Source: an uncultured Bacilli bacterium (lineage in GTDB: Bacteria > Bacillota_I > Bacilli_A > RFN20 > CAG-288). Taken from it: 64,000 bases of DNA. Of the stretch, positions 56,133 through 64,000 are shown in pieces. The notes under the pieces were generated by a model. That model did not search any database and was not told where the DNA came from. It saw nothing but the letters and a program-made list of their open reading frames with translations. Position 1 is the first letter of the stretch, and every line of letters starts with the position of its first letter. Position numbers and translations under genes: made by a program. The stretch is from assembly GCA_944372245.1 (NCBI GenBank), contig CALVYN010000002.1:4065-68064 (forward strand). The letters run 5' to 3'.

Positions 56133-56934
56133 GGTTGTAATCCTTAAACTCGAGGCGAAGAAGCGCTGCTATTCCTGCCTCTTAAAGGGGGCTGAGAAAC
56201 CCGTCGACCTGTCGGTGGAGACCGTCAGCGAGTTCTCCCTCTGCCAGGGCAAGGAGCTGACAAGGGCAAGGTGGGCCCAGATCCTGGCTTTCGAGCGCCG
56301 CCAGGGGGCTATCGCCAAGGCTCGGAATGCTCTAGCCCGGCGTCCGCTCTCCCGCTCCGAGGTGCGAGCCAAGCTCAAGGATCTCTCGCCCTTAGAGATC
56401 GAGAAAGCCCTGGACCAGCTGGAGGATGAGGGCCTCATCGACGACAGGGCTCTGGCTGACGAGCTGGCTCAGGAGTATGCCGCCAAGGGTCTGGCCGGGT
56501 CGGCGATTGTCGTCCGGCTGGTCAAGAGGGGCATCAGCAGCAATCTGGCCCGTCAGGTTCTCCCTGAGTCCGAACCCAGCGAGGAGGTCGCCTATCAGGC
56601 TGTGGCCAGAGCTCTGGGCAGCGCCCGCAGCCTCTCCCGCCGCCTGGCCCAGCGCAAGGCCTACGCCCAGTTTGCCGCGCGCGGTTTCGACTCCTCTGCC
56701 TGCCACCGCCTGTCCGAGCGCCTGGTCGGTGAGGCTTTCGGTGCGGATAGCGAGCGTGAGAGGGTGGCGATGTTGGATAATCTAAGAGCGTGTGTGCGCC
56801 AGATGCCCAGACGTCCGGACGAGACCCTAGAGAGCTATCGCACCAGGCTGTATCGCCGCCTGGTCAGCCGAGGTTTCACCCCGAGCGAGGTCATCGACGC
56901 GCTAGATAAGGAGCTATGCGATGAAGCAGATTAA
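56104..56934 (+). CDS. recX: Recombination regulator RecX (start uncertain; overlaps 3' end of glycosyltransferase gene)
   Basis: Three-repeat helical RecX pattern (RPLSRSEVRAKL, ALDQLEDEGLIDDRALADELA, QFAARGFDSSACHRL); candidate starts ATG 56104 or GTG 56110. Confidence 0.6.
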   Translation: MPVQSENTGKVVILKLEAKKRCYSCLLKGAEKPVDLSVETVSEFSLCQGKELTRARWAQILAFERRQGAIAKARNALARRPLSRSEVRAKLKDLSPLEIEKALDQLEDEGLIDDRALADELAQEYAAKGLAGSAIVVRLVKRGISSNLARQVLPESEPSEEVAYQAVARALGSARSLSRRLAQRKAYAQFAARGFDSSACHRLSERLVGEAFGADSERERVAMLDNLRACVRQMPRRPDETLESYRTRLYRRLVSRGFTPSEVIDALDKELCDEAD

Positions 56935-57922
56935 GGATCTTCAAGGCGAGGACGCGGTCGGTCGCATCAGACAGCCCTTCCTCATCAAGTCGTGCGAGGA
57001 GGGAGCGACCAACACTTCGGGTGCCCTCTATCTCAATATCACCCTGGCGGATGCCACCGGCACCATGGAGGCTCGCAAGTGGGATATGAAGAAGGGCGAC
57101 CGCGAGATCTTCGTCCCCAACACCGTGGTCGAGATCGACGGGAGCATCATCAACTACCGCGGCAAGAACCAGATCAAGATCAACAGCGGCACCAAGCTCG
57201 ACCAGTCGACCATCGACCGCTCGCTCTACGTGCCCCACGCCCCGGTGTCCGTCCCCGACATGAAGGGCGAGCTGAGGGACCTGGTCAACTCCATCCAGGA
57301 CGAGCAGATCCGCGAGCTGACCCAGGCCATCATCAACGACACCTGGCCGCAGTACTCGACCCACCCGGCTGCGGTGACCGTCCACCAGGCCTACGAGAGC
57401 GGATTGCTCTTCCACAGCATCAGCGTCTGCAAGGTCGCCCTGGCCATCGCCGACCTGTACCCTGGCACCTTCCACCGCGACTATCTGATCTGCGGCTGCC
57501 TGCTCCACGATATCGGCAAGACCTGGGAGCTCTCTGGCCCCGTCTCCACCAAGTACACCCGCATCGGCAAGCTGGAGGGCCACATCAACATCGGAGCCAT
57601 CCTGATCAACAACAAGTGCCACGAGCTGGGTCTGGACGAGGAGAAGACCGAGCTTCTGACCCACATCCTCTTCTCTCACCACGGCCTGCCCGAGTACGGC
57701 TCGCCGGTCGTGCCCAAGACCGCCGATGCCTTCCTGGTCCACCTGGCGGACGACTGCGACGCCAAGGTCAACGTCATCCAAAACTATCTGAAGACCGTCC
57801 GGCCCGGCGAGTTCACCGCCAGGATCCCCTGGATGGACAACATCGAGCTCTACCGCCCCACCTTCGACCGCGACGATGGCGCTCCCGAGCCTCTGGAAGT
57901 CCCTGAGAAGGCCCAGAAGTAA
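56921..57922 (+). CDS. yhaM: 3'-5' exoribonuclease YhaM (OB-fold + HD domain)
   Basis: N-terminal OB fold, HD motifs HSISVCKVA and LLHDIGK, length about 330 aa. Confidence 0.8.
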   Translation: MKQIKDLQGEDAVGRIRQPFLIKSCEEGATNTSGALYLNITLADATGTMEARKWDMKKGDREIFVPNTVVEIDGSIINYRGKNQIKINSGTKLDQSTIDRSLYVPHAPVSVPDMKGELRDLVNSIQDEQIRELTQAIINDTWPQYSTHPAAVTVHQAYESGLLFHSISVCKVALAIADLYPGTFHRDYLICGCLLHDIGKTWELSGPVSTKYTRIGKLEGHINIGAILINNKCHELGLDEEKTELLTHILFSHHGLPEYGSPVVPKTADAFLVHLADDCDAKVNVIQNYLKTVRPGEFTARIPWMDNIELYRPTFDRDDGAPEPLEVPEKAQK

Positions 57923-58026
57923 CACCTCTCATCCCGGCTTTTATATCTTTGAATCCCGAGCTTTTCGCTTGGGGTCAAGACGGGACGATTCAAGCTATAG
58001 GTGTCACGTAGAAAGGACGATGAAAA

Positions 58027-58911
58027 ATGTCTAATACGGAAGTAAAAACCTATACAGGCAAAAACAAGTTGAAAGTTCGTCGGGCCATCCTCTCCACCGT
58101 GTTGTGCGCCGTGTTTGTCGCTCTGGCGGTGGCTCTGGAGATGCTGGTCAAGAGCCTCCCCCACATCGAGCTGCCCCAGGGCGGCACCATCTCTCTGACC
58201 TGCCTCCCTCTGATGCTCTCCGCCCTCACCCTGGGTCCGGCCTGGGGCGTGGCCGGCGGCGCCCTCTATGGCGTCTACAACTTCCTCCTCGACGGCTACA
58301 GCTTCTCCTGGGGCTCCTTCCTGTTCGACTATGTGGTCGCCTTCGCCCTGATCGGCCTGGCCGGCCTCTTCTATCGCCCCTTCCTCAGGGGGCGGGCCTG
58401 GGCCTTCTTCGCCGGAGCGATCCTCGGCATGGTCGGGCGCTACCTCTCCCACTGCCTCTCGGGTGCCGTCTTCTTCGCTGACTATGCCCCAGAGGGGGTA
58501 TCGCCGATCCTCTACTCCTTCGTCCTGTACAACGCCCCCTACTGCTTCGGCAGCCTGGCTCTGGACCTGGTCATCGGCGGCTTGATCCTCGTGCCCTACC
58601 AGCGCCTGCTCTCCCTCTCGGGCCTCGACCCCCTCTTCCTCCCGCTGAAGGTCCATCGCCATCTGGGCTGTGAGGCCCAGGCGCTTTTAGCCCTGGCTGG
58701 GGGCGATGCCGCCGCGCTCGGACGGGCCCTCGGTGGCTGCCTCGCCTCCGGCTTGAGCCTGGATGGCGCCAGAGCCCTCCTGGACGCGGCAGCTGGCTCA
58801 CCCAGCTCCGAGAGCCTGGTGGCTGTCGATCAGCTCCTGGTCCGCGGGCGGCGAGATCTGACCCCCGGCGAGGTCAGTCAGGCCCTGCGGGCAGCCACCC
58901 CGCGTGCATGA
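58027..58911 (+). CDS. Polytopic membrane protein, candidate ECF-transporter S component with Ala-rich C-terminal extension
   Basis: Six hydrophobic helices in first about 200 aa; no ATPase adjacent; assignment tentative. Confidence 0.4.
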   Translation: MSNTEVKTYTGKNKLKVRRAILSTVLCAVFVALAVALEMLVKSLPHIELPQGGTISLTCLPLMLSALTLGPAWGVAGGALYGVYNFLLDGYSFSWGSFLFDYVVAFALIGLAGLFYRPFLRGRAWAFFAGAILGMVGRYLSHCLSGAVFFADYAPEGVSPILYSFVLYNAPYCFGSLALDLVIGGLILVPYQRLLSLSGLDPLFLPLKVHRHLGCEAQALLALAGGDAAALGRALGGCLASGLSLDGARALLDAAAGSPSSESLVAVDQLLVRGRRDLTPGEVSQALRAATPRA

Positions 58912-58988
58912 TTAGTGCTGATTTAATTTTGTTTATATATATAATTCCCACGCCTAATTAGATGCTTGAGAGAAAGCGAGGTTTTACC

Positions 58989-60233
58989 ATGAGTCAAGAA
59001 CAAGAGATCCGGCCCTCGGACCGGGAACCCTCCCACTGGTACCAGGGAGCGCTGATTCACGCGGCCCCGGTCGATATGGAGCAGGGCGAGTATCATCCTC
59101 AGTCCACCAAGACGGCGACGGCGACCTTTAAGCCTGTGCCCGCGCTGCCCGAGGGCAAGTCGCTGGCTCGCATCGTCGAGGATGCCCGCCTCAAGTTCCG
59201 CGAGTCCAACCGGGGGCTGCGGATCGCCAACTACGTCTTGATCGGCGTGATGGTCGCCCTGGTCGTGGCCACCATCGTCGTGGCTCTGGTCGCCTCCGCC
59301 ACCTCGGCCAGCTGGGGCAACTATGTGACCTGGCCCCTGTTCGCTTTAGTCATCGTGGCCTTCGTCGCCATCATGATCCTCTCCTCGGTCTCCAAGAAGC
59401 ACAGCCAGGCCAAGCTGGCCACCTATCTGGAGAATTGGTGCGCCGATATGGCTGGCGCTGCCTACCTCGATGTCGAGGGCGTTGAGAATGTCCAGTACGC
59501 CATCGATGGCCACGTGCGCGACGCCGACCTGATCAACACCCACTACTGGGCCGTCATCAACGCCATCGACTCCCGCAACCGCATCCTCTTCACCTTCGAT
59601 GGCGTCTCCGCCGCCGACACCGAGGTCATCGTCGAGTGCCCGCCCTACACCAGCTTCGCTGCCGACATCGAGGAGCTCAAGGAGCTGACCGCCCCCGCTG
59701 CCGCCTCCGACCGCGACCCCTCCTACTGGTATGCCATGGCCGACAACGGTGCGCCCGCCCGCGAGTCGACCGATCCCACCAAGTCCAGCGCCGGCCGCAG
59801 CGCCTCCATAGGCGCCTTCGGCAAGTTCCTGACCTTCGACGTGCGCGCCACCGGCTCGGTCATCGTCGTGCGCCAGGCTGCCGACACCTATCTGCCCACC
59901 CACCTCAAGGACTACACCTACATGCCCGATGTGGCGGCTCAGCTGGGTGAGGACTTCATCGTCTGGGGCTCCTCTCGCGAGTTCGTCCGGTCGGTCCTGA
60001 CCGAGAAGGTCATCGCCGAGCTCAAAGCCCTCGAGCGCAACGACGTGCTCCTGGACTGGTTCCTCTCCTTCAACAACCACGGTCTCTATCTGATGCTGAA
60101 CTTCTCCGACGACGTGATGGAGCTGCCCTTCAAGGGCACGCCCAAGCAGGCCCGCCTGCGCTGCTACCCCGATGCGGTCGAGCACGGCCTGGCGGCGGTG
60201 CGCACCATCGTCGACGAAAAGCTCGGCCAATAG
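58989..60233 (+). CDS. Hypothetical membrane protein (2 TM, large soluble C-terminal domain)
   Basis: TM pair IANYVLIGVMVALVVATIVVALV / WPLFALVIVAFVAIMIL; alternative upstream ATG at 58962. Confidence 0.5.
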   Translation: MSQEQEIRPSDREPSHWYQGALIHAAPVDMEQGEYHPQSTKTATATFKPVPALPEGKSLARIVEDARLKFRESNRGLRIANYVLIGVMVALVVATIVVALVASATSASWGNYVTWPLFALVIVAFVAIMILSSVSKKHSQAKLATYLENWCADMAGAAYLDVEGVENVQYAIDGHVRDADLINTHYWAVINAIDSRNRILFTFDGVSAADTEVIVECPPYTSFAADIEELKELTAPAAASDRDPSYWYAMADNGAPARESTDPTKSSAGRSASIGAFGKFLTFDVRATGSVIVVRQAADTYLPTHLKDYTYMPDVAAQLGEDFIVWGSSREFVRSVLTEKVIAELKALERNDVLLDWFLSFNNHGLYLMLNFSDDVMELPFKGTPKQARLRCYPDAVEHGLAAVRTIVDEKLGQ

Positions 60234-60242
60234 GAGGCGACC

Positions 60243-60695
60243 ATGTCCTTCGATGATCTCATCGGGGAGTACGACCTGCCCCGCGCCGAGGATACCCAGG
60301 CGCTGGGCTTTAGAATCGGCAGGAGCCTGAAGGGCGGGGAGGTCATCATCTGCCACGCCCCGATGGGCGCGGGCAAGACCTGCCTGGCCCAGGGCATCGC
60401 CAAGGGTCTGGGGGTGAACCGCGTGGTCAACTCCCCCACCTTCAACATGATCAAGGTCTACCGCGGTGACCCCTTGATCTTCTATCACGTCGACGCCTAC
60501 CGCCTCGAGGATGCCAAGGAAAACCGCGATATTGGCCTCTGGGACTTCCTCACGGACGAGGAGGGGGTGACCTACATCGAGTGGCCCGAGTATGTGATGT
60601 CCGACCTCAAAGGGGTCGGGACCATGCTGCAGGTGGAGCTCTCCATCTGCCCCGACGGGTCCAGAAAGGCGAGAATCAGCTGTGTCCGAGAATAG
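60243..60695 (+). CDS. tsaE: tRNA threonylcarbamoyladenosine biosynthesis ATPase TsaE
   Basis: Walker A APMGAGKT, conserved NSPTF motif. Confidence 0.85.
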   Translation: MSFDDLIGEYDLPRAEDTQALGFRIGRSLKGGEVIICHAPMGAGKTCLAQGIAKGLGVNRVVNSPTFNMIKVYRGDPLIFYHVDAYRLEDAKENRDIGLWDFLTDEEGVTYIEWPEYVMSDLKGVGTMLQVELSICPDGSRKARISCVRE

Positions 60696-61293
60696 TGTTT
60701 TAAGGTTGTACTGCGACGCCTCGGAGCGCCGCTTCAGCGCGGTGGCGACCCTGGGTGACCAGCGCGTCAGCGGGGAGATTGCCAGCCCCAAGCGCACGAT
60801 GGAGGACATGTTCCCCCTGATCGTCTCCCTGCTGGAAAAGCTCGAGCGCAAGCTGGCGGACGTGGACGAGATCTACGTCACCACCGGCCCCGGCGCCAAT
60901 ACCGGCCTCAGGATGGCCATCACCTTCGCCCGCGTGCTGTTCGCCCTCAAGCCTCAGCTGGCCGTCTACGGCGCCTCCACCGAGGACGTCCTGAGAGCCG
61001 GTGCGGGCCTGGATGATGCGGTCACCCTGATCTCCGACCGCCACCGGGCATTGTTCTACGCCGTCTTCAAGGGCGGTGTGAAGGTGGCCTACGGCCGGGC
61101 GGAGACACCCGACCAGCTGCCCGAGCCGACCCTGCCTAGAGTGGCTGCCAGGGAGGACGAGGGCGCTCTGGCGGCCGTGCCCGAAGCCCGGGCTGTCTCC
61201 ATTCTGGAGGCGCTGCCCCACGCTGAGGCCTATCGCTGCTACACCCCTGACGAGGTGGACAAGCTGGTGCCCATCTACTCGGAGAAGGTATGA
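60682..61293 (+). CDS. tsaB: tRNA t6A biosynthesis protein TsaB
   Basis: YeaZ-like fold VTTGPGANTGLRMAITFARVL; operon position between tsaE and rimI. Confidence 0.8.
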   Translation: MSENSVLRLYCDASERRFSAVATLGDQRVSGEIASPKRTMEDMFPLIVSLLEKLERKLADVDEIYVTTGPGANTGLRMAITFARVLFALKPQLAVYGASTEDVLRAGAGLDDAVTLISDRHRALFYAVFKGGVKVAYGRAETPDQLPEPTLPRVAAREDEGALAAVPEARAVSILEALPHAEAYRCYTPDEVDKLVPIYSEKV

Positions 61294-61718
61294 CCATCGC
61301 GGAGATCTCCCTCGAGGATGCGGCCGACATCCTCGCCCTGGAGAAGGAGCGAATCGGCGACAGCCTCGGCCCGGATGAGGTCGCTCAGTCGGTATTGGAG
61401 CAGGATTACATCTCTCTTGTCGCTAAGGAGGATGGAAAGCTCGTCGGCTACGTCCTAGCCTCGGTCTCCGTCCCGGAGGGCGAGATCTACTCCATCGCGG
61501 TCAAACAGGATCAGGAGGGCCACGGCATCGGCCACCAGCTGCTTGAGGCGGCCCTGGCCAAGCTCAGAGAGCGGGGCGTCAGCCGCGTCCTGCTGGAGGT
61601 GGAGGACGGCAACGAGAGAGCCTACAACCTCTATCTGAGGGCTGGCTTTCAAGAGTATCGCAGGCGGCCTAACTACTACGGTTCCAAGGACGCTATCTGC
61701 ATGGAAAAGAGGATCTGA
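61290..61718 (+). CDS. rimI: Ribosomal-protein-alanine N-acetyltransferase (GNAT)
   Basis: GNAT motif A QEGHGIGHQLLEAAL; operon context. Confidence 0.8.
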   Translation: MTIAEISLEDAADILALEKERIGDSLGPDEVAQSVLEQDYISLVAKEDGKLVGYVLASVSVPEGEIYSIAVKQDQEGHGIGHQLLEAALAKLRERGVSRVLLEVEDGNERAYNLYLRAGFQEYRRRPNYYGSKDAICMEKRI

Positions 61719-61720
61719 CA

Positions 61721-62788
61721 ATGTCTGAAAGAAGGTGCATTCTCGCGATCGAGTCCAGCTGCGACGAGACCGCCGCGGCCGTCTTGGACGGCGACCAGCT
61801 CAAGTCCAACATCATCTCCACCCAGATCAAGGAGCATCAGAAGTACGGCGGAGTCTACCCCGAGCTCGCCTCCCGCCTCCACCTGCAGAACGTCGCCTCC
61901 GTGGTCTTCATGGCTCTGGAGAAGGCGGGGGTCAAGCCCGCGGAGCTGACCCACGTGGCCGTGACCGCCGGCCCCGGTCTGCCCGGGGCGCTCCAGGTGG
62001 GTGTGGTGGCCGCTAAGACCATCGCCGCCTTCCTGGATATCCCCCTGATCGGCGTCCACCACCTGGCGGGTCACATCTACGCCAACGAGTACGCTGGCGA
62101 CTTCCACTTCCCCGCCATCGCCTGCCTGGCCTCCGGCGGCAACTCCGAGATCATCCTGATGCGCAAGCACCTGGACTTCTCCATCGTCGGCCAGACCCTC
62201 GACGACGCCATCGGCGAGGCCTTCGACAAGGTGGCACGCGAGATCGGCTTGCCCTATCCCGGCGGTGTCTACATCGACCGCCTGGTCAAGTCCAACCCCC
62301 AGGTGGCCCCCTTCCCCCTGCCCAAGCCCAAGGTGGCCGGCTACAACCTCTCCTACTCTGGCCTGAAGTCTCACATCATCCGCATGGTCGAGAGGGAGAG
62401 GGCCGCCAGCGGCGGCCAGCTGAGCGAGCAGCGGGTCGTGGAGTATGCCGTCAGTGTCGAGCGGGCCTTCGTCGACCAGTTCATCGACAAGGCCATCAGG
62501 GCGGCGGAGGACTTCCAGGCCAAGCAGATCGTCATCGGCGGTGGCGTCTCGGCCAACTCCTACCTGCGCGCCCGGGTCCAGGCCCTCACCGACCGCTTCG
62601 AGGTGCTGATCCCGCCCATGTGGTGCACCACCGACAACGCCTCGATGATCGCCAAGGCGGCCTCGCACCTGATCGACGCCGGCTACGGCTCGGACCTGTC
62701 CCTGCCCACCGACCCCGGCATGGACCTGGACGGCTTCCCCTTCTCGGGGGAGTTCCCCGGAACCTACCCCCTGGCGGATAGGCGCTAG
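61721..62788 (+). CDS. tsaD: tRNA N6-adenosine threonylcarbamoyltransferase TsaD
   Basis: N-terminus ILAIESSCDETAAAV, metal-binding HHLAGH motif. Confidence 0.9.
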   Translation: MSERRCILAIESSCDETAAAVLDGDQLKSNIISTQIKEHQKYGGVYPELASRLHLQNVASVVFMALEKAGVKPAELTHVAVTAGPGLPGALQVGVVAAKTIAAFLDIPLIGVHHLAGHIYANEYAGDFHFPAIACLASGGNSEIILMRKHLDFSIVGQTLDDAIGEAFDKVAREIGLPYPGGVYIDRLVKSNPQVAPFPLPKPKVAGYNLSYSGLKSHIIRMVERERAASGGQLSEQRVVEYAVSVERAFVDQFIDKAIRAAEDFQAKQIVIGGGVSANSYLRARVQALTDRFEVLIPPMWCTTDNASMIAKAASHLIDAGYGSDLSLPTDPGMDLDGFPFSGEFPGTYPLADRR

Positions 62789-62850
62789 TGTAGAATCTAT
62801 CCTCGTTAGAATAGAGAAGACTTTTAATAAAAAAATTGGAGGAACGCAGA

Positions 62851-64000
62851 ATGATCAAGACTGTCAAAGAGCTCTTTGCGAGCGAGGCGGCGAGCCTGGC
62901 CGGTCAGACCGTGACCGTCAGGGGACTGGTCAAGTCCAATCGCGGCAACAAGGCCGTGGGTTTCCTCCAGGTGAATGACGGCTCCTGCTTCGGTTCGGCC
63001 CAGGTGGTCTATGACCCCGTGGCCGACGAGGCGGCCACCCACCTGCGCATGGGTGCGCAGGTCATCTGCGAGGGCGAGTTCGTCCTCACCCCGGAGAACA
63101 AGCAGCCCTTCGAGATCAGGGCGACCTCGATCGTGGTGGCCGGCGACATCGCCGAGGACTACCCCCTCCAGAAGAAGAAGACCTCCTACGAGTACCTCAG
63201 GACCCTTCCCCACCTGCGCCAGCGCACCAACACCTTCGGGGCGGTGTTCCGCGTCCGCTCGGAGCTGTCCTACGCCATCCACGAGTACTTCCACGAGCAC
63301 GGCTTCTTCTATATCCACACCCCGATCTTCACCGGCAACGACTGTGAGGGTGCCGGCCAGACTTTCGTCGCAACCCCGGATCTGAAGAAGCCCGACGACT
63401 TCTTCGGCCACCGCGCGACCCTGACCGTCTCCGGCCAGCTCCACGTCGAGCCCTTCGCCCTGACCTATCAGAAGGTCTACACCTTCGGCCCCGCCTTCCG
63501 CGCCGAGAAGTCCAACACCCCCAGGCACGCGGCGGAGTTCTGGATGATCGAGCCCGAGGTCGCCTACTGCGACCTCAACGGCGACATGGACCTGATGGAG
63601 GACTTCCTCAAGACCATCGTCAGCCGGGTGGTCCAGCGCTGCCCCCAGGATTTTGAGTTCTTCAAGACCTGGGTCAACAAGGATGTCGACGCGCGTCTGA
63701 AGGAGATGCTCGAAAAGCCCTTCAAGCGAGTGGACTACACCGAGGGCATCGATATCCTTCTCAAGGCGAAAGCGGAGGGACACAAGTTTGCCAACCCCGA
63801 TATCTATTGGGGATTGGACCTAATGAGCGAGCACGAGCGCTTCCTGACTGAAAAGCACTTCGGCTGCCCGATCTTCCTCAAGAACTACCCCAAGGAGATC
63901 AAGGCCTTCTACATGAAGCAGAACGACGACGGCAAGACCGTCGGCGCGGTCGATTTGCTTTTCCCCGACGTCGGCGAGCTGTGCGGCGGGTCCCAGAGAG
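62851..64000 (+). CDS. asnS: Asparagine--tRNA ligase (class IIb), 3' end truncated by window edge
   Basis: GGAGG RBS before ATG 62851; motif 2 region FGPAFRAEKSNTPRHAAEFWMIEPE; ORF open to end of window. Confidence 0.8.
   Translation, partial: MIKTVKELFASEAASLAGQTVTVRGLVKSNRGNKAVGFLQVNDGSCFGSAQVVYDPVADEAATHLRMGAQVICEGEFVLTPENKQPFEIRATSIVVAGDIAEDYPLQKKKTSYEYLRTLPHLRQRTNTFGAVFRVRSELSYAIHEYFHEHGFFYIHTPIFTGNDCEGAGQTFVATPDLKKPDDFFGHRATLTVSGQLHVEPFALTYQKVYTFGPAFRAEKSNTPRHAAEFWMIEPEVAYCDLNGDMDLMEDFLKTIVSRVVQRCPQDFEFFKTWVNKDVDARLKEMLEKPFKRVDYTEGIDILLKAKAEGHKFANPDIYWGLDLMSEHERFLTEKHFGCPIFLKNYPKEIKAFYMKQNDDGKTVGAVDLLFPDVGELCGGSQR

Noticed and set aside
57923-58026. TPP or other riboswitch upstream of the putative ECF S-component gene
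   Set aside because: The 104-nt leader lacks the conserved CUGAGA / ACCUGAUCUGGAUAAUGCCAGCG thi-box elements and matches no other riboswitch consensus I can recall. No call made.

Overview
This 64 kb window is a G+C-rich bacterial chromosome segment, roughly 60-65% by eye (not computed). Its gene content and synteny are Firmicutes-like: dnaD-nth, recU, sufCDSUB, pyrB-pyrC-carA-carB-pyrK-pyrD-pyrF-pyrE, tsaE-tsaB-rimI-tsaD, yhaM, recX, mnmG, gltX and asnS. Five tRNAs are present: Leu-CAG, Arg-CCU, Arg-CCG, Leu-UAG and Ser-CGA. Accessory content stands out in four places. (i) A roughly 6.5 kb stretch of visibly lower G+C lies next to the tRNA cluster. It carries a membrane protein, an ABC exporter, an S66 LD-carboxypeptidase (MccF-like), a MerR regulator and Ogt. 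(ii) An approximately 11 kb locus at 24.6-35.8 kb encodes a SipW/Sec11-type (S26B) signal peptidase. Around it sit four secreted proteins whose N-termini resemble SipW-cognate signals, an ABC-2 transporter, a membrane-anchored beta-helix protein, and a 1086-aa protein ending in a Hint/intein-like autoprocessing domain plus a short tail. It is followed by a tyrosine phosphatase and an ECF sigma/anti-sigma pair. This is the best candidate for an undescribed system. (iii) A roughly 700 bp non-coding tandem repeat array (about 200 bp unit, about 2.3 copies, 9 copies of a 14-nt motif) lies upstream of a lipoprotein gene. (iv) An operon pairs a DUF368 membrane protein with two unknown proteins. Many long antisense ORFs in the supplied track are high-GC artefacts.
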